This document shows positions 57,767 to 64,000 of a stretch of DNA of 64,000 nucleotides, one piece after another. Position 1 is the first letter of the stretch, and each line of letters starts with the position of its first letter. The position numbers and the translations under genes are program-made. The stretch comes from a candidate division WOR-3 bacterium (GTDB lineage: Bacteria; Hydrothermota; Tepidihabitantia; Tepidihabitantales; Tepidihabitantaceae), in contig JBDRUN010000002.1 in NCBI GenBank assembly GCA_039801365.1, positions 4,411 through 68,410 on the forward strand. The letters are read 5' to 3'. The notes under the pieces were generated by a model, which was given only the letters and a program-made list of their open reading frames with translations, searched no databases and was not told where the DNA came from.

Positions 57767-59195
57767 TGTGAGCAAAGATCTGGTTTCGTCGGGGTCTTCT
57801 CGACTCGCGGGCCAAGGACTGCCTGCCCAAGGCACCGGTTCAAACGCCGCCGCTGAAACGTGGGCTCAGGCACTCGACTGTCTCAAGCTGCGGGTGAGCC
57901 GGGAGGCGTTTGACACCTGGCTAGCCCCAACCAGAGGAGTTGAACTCAACCAGGATTCAATTACGGTTGAGGTGCCCAATTCGTTCTTTGCCGAATGGAT
58001 CGGCCAGCACTACTCTGCCGAGATAGCGACAGCGCTCCGCGCCGTAGCCCGTAACCGCCTTGCGGTCTCATACCGCGCCAGGGATGTAGCGGATGCGGCC
58101 CGGCTCAGAGTGCGGTCATATTCCTCAGCTTCCGGTTCCTCCAGGTCCGGCCACGACCCCCGCAACCCGAAGCCCGAGAACGGTCGCTTGCAAGCGCGCT
58201 ACACCTTTGCTAACTTCGTAGTCGGCGAGTCCAGCCGGCTCGCATACGCCGCGGCTAGAAACGTGGCTGAAAGGCCGGGCTCCGCATACAACCCCCTATT
58301 CCTCTACGGAGGTGCGGGCTTAGGCAAGACACACCTGCTCCAAGCAATTGGCAACCATGCGATTCAGACGCACCGCAACCTTAAAGTCTACTACGCCGCG
58401 GCCGAGACACTGTTTCTTGAGCTCATCCACGCAATCCAGAAAGGCACGCGCCTTGAGTTCAAGAGCAAGTATCGGAGTTTAGACCTGCTCCTGCTTGACG
58501 ACATACACTACCTTGTCGGCAAAGAAAGGCTTCAGGAAGAGATCTTCCACATGTTCAATCACCTGCACGACGCCGGCAGCCAAGTTGCATTTACGAGCGA
58601 CAGGCCTCCAAGGGATATTCCGACCTTGCAGGAAAGGCTTGCCTCACGGCTCGGTTCCGGGCTTGTAGTGGACATCCAGCCCCCTGACCTTGAGACTAGA
58701 ATTGCAATCCTCCAGCAGAAGGCTGCTCAACAGGAGCGCGAGCTGCCGCACGAAGTTGCTCACTACGTAGCAGCACGGGTTAGGACCAGCGTCCGTGACC
58801 TCGAGGGTTGCCTGACGCGGATTCTTGCGATGGCATCACTCAGCGCCAGTCCGGTAACATTAGCCCTCGCCGAGGCAGCGCTCAGGGACCTCGTTGCCCA
58901 ACAGCAGCCGATAACTCAAGATGCCATCGTGGAAGCTGTGGCTAGCACCTACGGTGTTAGTGTCGCAGACATCAAGGGGCGCAGCCGTACTAAACAACTC
59001 GCATTGGCCCGGCAGGTTACGATGTATCTTCTCCGTGCTAATACTACGCTGTCGCTTAAGGAAATCGGCCGCTGTCTTGGCAACAAAGATCACACTACGG
59101 TCATGCATGCTATCGATAAAGTCGAGCAGTTGAGGGCGTTGGATCCAGCCTTTGCCCATCAGCTAGATCAGCTTACCTCTAGAATAGCTCGATGA
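57747..59195 (+). CDS. dnaA: Chromosomal replication initiator protein DnaA
   Basis: AAA+ 'GGAGLGKTHLLQAIGN', 'LLLLDDIHYL' and the C-terminal DnaA-box-binding domain 'LSLKEIGRCLGNKDHTTVMHAIDKV'. Track start is GTG 57747. An internal TTG near 57818 (MPAQGTG...) is an alternative. Confidence 0.9.
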   Translation: MDKSVDTVSKDLVSSGSSRLAGQGLPAQGTGSNAAAETWAQALDCLKLRVSREAFDTWLAPTRGVELNQDSITVEVPNSFFAEWIGQHYSAEIATALRAVARNRLAVSYRARDVADAARLRVRSYSSASGSSRSGHDPRNPKPENGRLQARYTFANFVVGESSRLAYAAARNVAERPGSAYNPLFLYGGAGLGKTHLLQAIGNHAIQTHRNLKVYYAAAETLFLELIHAIQKGTRLEFKSKYRSLDLLLLDDIHYLVGKERLQEEIFHMFNHLHDAGSQVAFTSDRPPRDIPTLQERLASRLGSGLVVDIQPPDLETRIAILQQKAAQQERELPHEVAHYVAARVRTSVRDLEGCLTRILAMASLSASPVTLALAEAALRDLVAQQQPITQDAIVEAVASTYGVSVADIKGRSRTKQLALARQVTMYLLRANTTLSLKEIGRCLGNKDHTTVMHAIDKVEQLRALDPAFAHQLDQLTSRIAR

Positions 59196-59370
59196 CAGTG
59201 GATAACACAGTGGCACAAGTGGCGATTACGTTCTCTGGTGTACTGCTCCATCAAACTATCCACTCTTTATCCCCATCTACTTGGAGCCTCACGTATACAG
59301 CATTACCCAGTATCCACACCCTTCAACAGCATCAACAGCAGCACATTGCTAAATTACTGTTTCTGTTCTC
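59196..59370 (+). promoter_or_regulatory. Candidate oriC: DnaA-box-like motifs (AGTGGATAA 59196; TATCCAC 59258; TTATCCCCA 59267; GTATCCACA 59310) followed by an AT-rich stretch
   Basis: Read directly. Sits immediately downstream of the dnaA stop. Confidence 0.5.
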
Positions 59371-59966
59371 AGGCAGAACGCGCCTGATGTTCAGAACCGA
59401 GCGCTTCCAGTTTAGAAGCATAGCCCGCACTGTAGGAATCGCACCGCACGGAATAATCGGTGGACGCCCTTGACAGCACACCAAGCTGGGCAAACGGATA
59501 CAGACTAAGGCGTTGTAAGCGAATACCCTTTATAACAAGTTATACGCGTCATCTTTTTTGCTGCGAACGGAGGTTCCCAAAGATACAAGGGTAAGGGAGA
59601 GCGATGGTAGAAAAGGCGTAAGGGCGTGTCCCTACACTAGTGGCGGGACCGCTTAGGAATAATCAACGCAGCTGTTGTGAGAGCGACCGGATACAGGCAA
59701 GGAAGCGAAGCTGGAATCGGCCCAGCCCACTTGAGGGACTTCATCGTCGCAGTCGCTATTGGCGACAAGAAAAGGCCGTATCCGCTTGGCGCAGACATCA
59801 CGAAGCACTTGCATTCGGTACACGTGCGGCTATACTGCCTCCACAGTAAAGGCAGACCCCAGCAGCCGATGGTCCGAAGCAGTATGCACCAAGCAATTCC
59901 CGGCCGACACCCGACGGCAGAGCAGCTAACGAACCCCGGACACGGGGATTATCAAAGGAGGATGGT

Positions 59967-60617
59967 ATGAAAATCTTCATAGATTCGGCCGACATAAATG
60001 AAATCAAGGAGGTGGCAAGTTGGGGAATCTTGCAGGGATGTACAACTAATCCTTCGCTGATCCAGAAGACGGGGCGCCCACTTAAGGAATGCGTGAAGGA
60101 TATTCTGAGGGTGGTCGAAGGCCCAGTTTCAGTCGAAGTGGTCTCCCAAGACGCCGCCGGGATGGTTATAGAAGGCGAGGAGTGGGCCAAGCTCGATCCG
60201 AGAAAAGTTGCCATCAAGATACCTATGTGCATGGAGGGACTGAAAGCAATCAGGGGTTTGGCTCAGAGAGAAATAATGACGAACTGCACCTTGGTATTCT
60301 CCGTCAATCAAGCGCTACTCGCTGCCCGGGCCGGAGCAACATTCATCTCACCCTTTGTCGGCCGGCTGGATGACATCTCCCACGATGGCATATCGCTAGT
60401 TGGGGACATTGTGGAGCTTGTTGATTCCTACAGCCTCAACTGTGAGATTATTGCCGCAAGCGTCCGCCACCCGCTCCACGTCGTCGAAGCTGCTCGACAG
60501 GGCGCCCACATCGCCACGGTGCCCTACAGTGTGCTGGTCCAGATGATCAAGCACCCGTTGACCGATGCTGGCATCAAGAAGTTCTATGAGGACTATCAGA
60601 AGATACCTAAGCAATGA
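59967..60617 (+). CDS. tal: Transaldolase (short type) / fructose-6-phosphate aldolase family
   Basis: 'MKIFIDSADINEIKEV...GCTTNPSL...KIPMCMEGL...ISPFVGRLDD'. GGAGG RBS. Confidence 0.9.
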   Translation: MKIFIDSADINEIKEVASWGILQGCTTNPSLIQKTGRPLKECVKDILRVVEGPVSVEVVSQDAAGMVIEGEEWAKLDPRKVAIKIPMCMEGLKAIRGLAQREIMTNCTLVFSVNQALLAARAGATFISPFVGRLDDISHDGISLVGDIVELVDSYSLNCEIIAASVRHPLHVVEAARQGAHIATVPYSVLVQMIKHPLTDAGIKKFYEDYQKIPKQ

Positions 60618-60632
60618 GCAGGGGGTGAACCG

Positions 60633-62747
60633 ATGCCTATAGTTGATTCCAAGACCGGTCAAGTGAGAAAGGAATACTCTCCGGCGTCGCTCGTACAGGC
60701 CGCAAACCTCATGCGCGGGTACAGCCTTGTTGCTCTGTGTGCAGCCGGTTCCGGCCACGCCGGAGGCACGTTGTCAATTATGGACATCACTGCGGCGCTA
60801 TATCTGCACGTCGCTCGCCATGACCCGGAACGGCCGGACTGGGAAGACCGAGACCGAATTATCTGGTCCACCGGCCACAAGGCACCCGCTCTTTACCTGG
60901 GACTTGGCATGGCAGGGTACTTCCCGGTAGAAGATGTTGTTCGGCTGAGGAAACTGTACTCGCCGTACCAAGGTCACCCGCACCGGCTAAAGCTGCCCGG
61001 GGTCGAGATCTCTTCTGGCTCCTTGGGGCAGGGCCTGTCGGTGGCGGTCGGCATTGCCTACGCCCTGAAGTACTTGGACCACCGTGACTGCCGGGTTTAC
61101 TGTCTGACCGGCGACGGTGAGCACCAGGAGGGGCAAATCTGGGAAGCGGCAATGGAGGCGGGGAATTTCAGGTTGGATAATTTGTGCTGCATCTTGGACA
61201 AAAACCGGCTCCAGATAGACGGCTGGGTCAAGGACGTACAGAATATTGAGCCGATAGCCGAAAAGTACCGGTCTTTCGGCTGGAACACCGTCGAGATTGA
61301 CGGGCACAACATGCACCAGATACTTGCAGCCTTCGATCGGGCCGCCAAGGTCAAGGATAAGCCGACCGTCATCATTGCGAACACGACCAAGGGTAAAGGC
61401 GTGTCCTTCATGGAAAACGTCGCAGGCTGGCACGGCAAGGCGCCCAATCACGAGCAGATGGTTCAGGGTCTGAAGGAGCTCAATTTGGAGTTTCGTCTGG
61501 ACTACAAGAAACTGCTTGGAGCAGCAGAAACCTATCAGGCCGAGGCGACGAAGATACTGACCGCCAAGGTGCCGAAGTTCTCCCGTGACTACTTCTGGAA
61601 CCGGCAGGAAGACATGAAGGTCGAGATGAAGGCCACCCGGCTTGGGTTCGGCGCAGCGCTTGAGAAGTGCGGCTCAGACCGCCGGGTTGTTGCAATCGGC
61701 GCGGACATTTCGGGCTCGATTGCAATCTCACGCTTCTTTGAGTGTGACGAGAGCAGGTGCGACCGGTGGATTTCGGTTGGTATCGCCGAGCAGTCCGGAA
61801 CGAATGTTGCCGCCGGTTTGGCTAAGGAAGGCAAACTCCCGGTGTTTGGGACCTACGGCGTTTTTGCAGCGGGCAGAAACTTGGACCAGCTCCGTACCAC
61901 TGTGTGCTACGGCAACTTCAATGTGTTCATCGCCGGCGCCCACGGCGGGGTATCGGTCGGCCCGGACGGAGCGACCCATCAGGCACTTGAAGACCTTTTT
62001 CAGATCTGTGGCCTGCCGAACATGCATGTGTCGGTGCCGTGTGATGCGGTTGAGACCCAGCGGGCTGCCGAATATCTGCTTCTGGAGGTCAAGGGGCCGA
62101 AATACCTCCGGTTTGCCCGCGAGGCAACACCGGTGGTTACGAGCCCGGAGACACCGTTTGTCTGGGGTGTGCCAAACGTGTACCGATTCCGGGCTGAGAA
62201 ACCGCGATTCGCCGATGCGTTCGACGTGACCCTGGCCGACAGGTACAAGGATGAGCACGAGGACCTGACAGTTGTGGCTTGCGGCCCGATGGTGCCTGAG
62301 GCAATGCGCGCTGCCTGGATTCTAAAGCAGGAGTACGGACTCGAGACTAGGGTTTTGAACGTTCACACCCTGAAGCCGTTGGACCCGGCTCCGCTTGTGC
62401 GGGCTGCGCTTGAGACCGGCGTTGTTGTTACTGCGGAGGAGCACCAAGTGGGTGGTCTGGCGAACCTGGTGGCTCGGGCGTTACTCACTGCACCCGAGCT
62501 ATACGGTAAGCCGCTCGCGTTCGGGTGTGTCGGGGTCCATGACCGGTTTGGCGAGTCAGGTCAACCGTGGGAGCTGATGTGGGAATTCGAGGTCTCGGCG
62601 GAACATATCGCGGCCAAGGCACGGGAGCTGTGCGAACTTGCTGGGACAGCTAAACCGGCGAGAAAACCGGTTACAAAGAAACCAGCCGCAGGCAGGGCTC
62701 CGACCAGGGGGAAGGTGAAGAAAGGGTCGTCCGGAGGAGCAAAATGA
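60633..62747 (+). CDS. tkt: Transketolase (fused N- and C-terminal halves) with a Lys/Ala/Pro-rich C-terminal tail
   Basis: 'GSGHAGGTLSIMDITAALY' and TPP motif 'CLTGDGEHQEG'. C-half 'GIAEQSGTNVAAGLA...GPDGATHQALEDL'. Tail 'AKPARKPVTKKPAAGRAPTRGKVKKGSSGGAK'. Confidence 0.9.
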   Translation: MPIVDSKTGQVRKEYSPASLVQAANLMRGYSLVALCAAGSGHAGGTLSIMDITAALYLHVARHDPERPDWEDRDRIIWSTGHKAPALYLGLGMAGYFPVEDVVRLRKLYSPYQGHPHRLKLPGVEISSGSLGQGLSVAVGIAYALKYLDHRDCRVYCLTGDGEHQEGQIWEAAMEAGNFRLDNLCCILDKNRLQIDGWVKDVQNIEPIAEKYRSFGWNTVEIDGHNMHQILAAFDRAAKVKDKPTVIIANTTKGKGVSFMENVAGWHGKAPNHEQMVQGLKELNLEFRLDYKKLLGAAETYQAEATKILTAKVPKFSRDYFWNRQEDMKVEMKATRLGFGAALEKCGSDRRVVAIGADISGSIAISRFFECDESRCDRWISVGIAEQSGTNVAAGLAKEGKLPVFGTYGVFAAGRNLDQLRTTVCYGNFNVFIAGAHGGVSVGPDGATHQALEDLFQICGLPNMHVSVPCDAVETQRAAEYLLLEVKGPKYLRFAREATPVVTSPETPFVWGVPNVYRFRAEKPRFADAFDVTLADRYKDEHEDLTVVACGPMVPEAMRAAWILKQEYGLETRVLNVHTLKPLDPAPLVRAALETGVVVTAEEHQVGGLANLVARALLTAPELYGKPLAFGCVGVHDRFGESGQPWELMWEFEVSAEHIAAKARELCELAGTAKPARKPVTKKPAAGRAPTRGKVKKGSSGGAK

Positions 62748-63907
62748 AACGCCTCGCCGAACGGATGAATCGCCTCGGGACCGAGACCGCATTCGACTGC
62801 CTGTGCCGGGCCAAAGCACTTGAGTGCAGGATGGACGTTGTCCACCTAGAAATCGGCGAGCCTGACTTCGGCACACCACGCCATATTGTTGAGTCCGCAA
62901 AACGTGCATTGGACGAGGGCTGGACCCATTATGGTCCGTCCGCGGGCCTGCCGGAACTGCGCGAGGCGATTGCCCGCTATGCCGGCAAACTGCGCGGGGT
63001 CAAGTTTGACCCTGACCAAGTGGTGGTTACACCGGGGGCCAAGCCGGTGATGGCATTCGCCATCATGGCCCTAGTTGAGGAATCGGACGAAGTCATTTAT
63101 CCCAACCCGGGATTTCCGATATACGAGTCAATGATTCAGTACATGGGTGGCCGCGCTGTGCCGATAAGGCTGCGTGAAGAGCGAGACTTCCGACTCGACG
63201 CCGAGGAACTCGCTGCACTTGTGAATCACCGCACCAAGCTCATTATTCTGAATTCTCCACAGAACCCAACCGGTGGAGTGCTTACGGCCGAGGACCTGCG
63301 TCTTATCGCTGACACTGCGCTAGAACACGACTGCTGGGTGCTATCCGATGAAATCTACTCCGAGATACTCTACGAGGGCGAGTTTGCGAGCATCAGCCGT
63401 TTTCCGGAAATCCATCGCCACCTCATCATTCTCGACGGCTTCTCCAAGACATTTGCGATGACCGGCTGGCGGGTCGGCTACGGCATCATGCCGCGCGAAA
63501 TGGCCGAGAAGCTGGCCCGGATTCAGACCAATACCAACTCCTGCACCGCCAGCTTCTCCCAAAGGGCCTGTATAGACGCTCTGACCGGTCCCCGGGACGA
63601 GGTTGATGCGATGATTTCGGAGTTCAGGCGCCGGCGGGACGTTATCGTTGACGGCCTGAACCGCCTGCCGGGATTTCGGTGCAAGAAGCCGCTGGGGGCA
63701 TTCTACGCGTTCCCGAACATTGAGGGCACAGGAGTAGATTGCGAGGTCCTTGCCAGCCGCTTGCTTGAGGAAAAGGGCGTTGCGTGCCTGGCCGGCACCT
63801 GCTTCGGCAAGTTCGGAGATGGATTCCTGCGGTTTTCGTACGCAAACTCGATTGAGAATATCCAAAAGGCGCTCGTAAGGATCGAAGAACTCCTTACGGG
63901 CAGGTGA
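62744..63907 (+). CDS. Pyridoxal-phosphate-dependent aminotransferase, class I (aspartate aminotransferase-like)
   Basis: 'LNSPQNPTGGV', 'ILDGFSKTFAMTGWRVGY' (PLP-lysine) and 'SYANS'. Confidence 0.9.
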   Translation: MKRLAERMNRLGTETAFDCLCRAKALECRMDVVHLEIGEPDFGTPRHIVESAKRALDEGWTHYGPSAGLPELREAIARYAGKLRGVKFDPDQVVVTPGAKPVMAFAIMALVEESDEVIYPNPGFPIYESMIQYMGGRAVPIRLREERDFRLDAEELAALVNHRTKLIILNSPQNPTGGVLTAEDLRLIADTALEHDCWVLSDEIYSEILYEGEFASISRFPEIHRHLIILDGFSKTFAMTGWRVGYGIMPREMAEKLARIQTNTNSCTASFSQRACIDALTGPRDEVDAMISEFRRRRDVIVDGLNRLPGFRCKKPLGAFYAFPNIEGTGVDCEVLASRLLEEKGVACLAGTCFGKFGDGFLRFSYANSIENIQKALVRIEELLTGR

Positions 63908-64000
63908 AATAGCGACCGCGACCTGAACTCCGAGCCAGGCCGGGTTCGGTGCCGTGCGTCAGGACCTAGGTTGGAATGACGTCTGCGGCGTCTCCTGTAG

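Noticed and set aside
59670-59720. SRP-RNA-like motif 'GGCAAGGAAGCGAAGC'
   Set aside because: Lacks the conserved GGAA tetraloop and AGCAG symmetric loops in a convincing helix. Too weak to call.
1-64000. CRISPR arrays, rRNA genes and IS/transposase genes
   Set aside because: No regularly spaced direct repeats, no rRNA-like segments and no transposase- or integrase-like ORFs were seen on either strand. The only repeated DNA is the palindromic element family.

Overview
This is a high-GC (about 60-65%) bacterial chromosomal segment with dense coding on both strands. Gene content points to an uncultured FCB-superphylum-like lineage: at least 10 proteins end in a type IX secretion (T9SS) C-terminal sorting domain, and the cell uses a V-type ATPase. 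Shine-Dalgarno sites such as GGAGG/AAGGAG are used, and TGA is the normal stop codon.

Reading left to right, the window holds:
- a partial multi-PAS sensor gene on the minus strand;
- a HAD hydrolase and a truncated V-type ATPase cluster (subunits C-F-A-B only) on the minus strand;
- CvpA and a TM2-domain protein;
- a run of T9SS cargo genes: a BNR/Asp-box protein, three gingipain-like C25 peptidases, two Kelch proteins, a beta-propeller protein, an Ntn-hydrolase, an M28 peptidase and a PHP phosphoesterase;
- a chromate transporter ChrA and an ORF6N-domain protein;
- an arsenic/thiol-redox island: arsR, arsM, ccdA, a thioredoxin lipoprotein, an ArsP-like permease, a small thioredoxin, a DGC protein, a BFD-like protein and ACR3;
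- a Cys-rich protein trio and a CPA2 antiporter;
- a DUF433/DUF5615 toxin-antitoxin pair and a PLD-like nuclease;
- murA and ispG;
- a tRNA-Met(CAT) followed by a lower-GC islet carrying a Rep-like protein and a PD-(D/E)XK nuclease;
- orphan hypF;
- dnaA flanked by two clusters of DnaA boxes (a likely oriC) with no dnaN downstream;
- transaldolase, a fused transketolase and an aminotransferase.

The most unusual signal is a palindromic, hairpin-rich repeat of roughly 100-140 bp, present in at least four copies. Two copies sit in-frame inside conserved genes (the V-ATPase catalytic A subunit and the PHP phosphoesterase), each adding a G/S/P-rich peptide that includes 'SGVAPDSGR'. A third copy supplies the stop/C-terminal tail of atpB and the ATG of the next gene. 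A fourth lies in a 5' UTR. This resembles the Rickettsia palindromic elements.

Other oddities are an in-frame TGA inside the BNR gene, a homopolymer frameshift in a Kelch gene, and a frameshifted ORF in the tRNA-adjacent islet.
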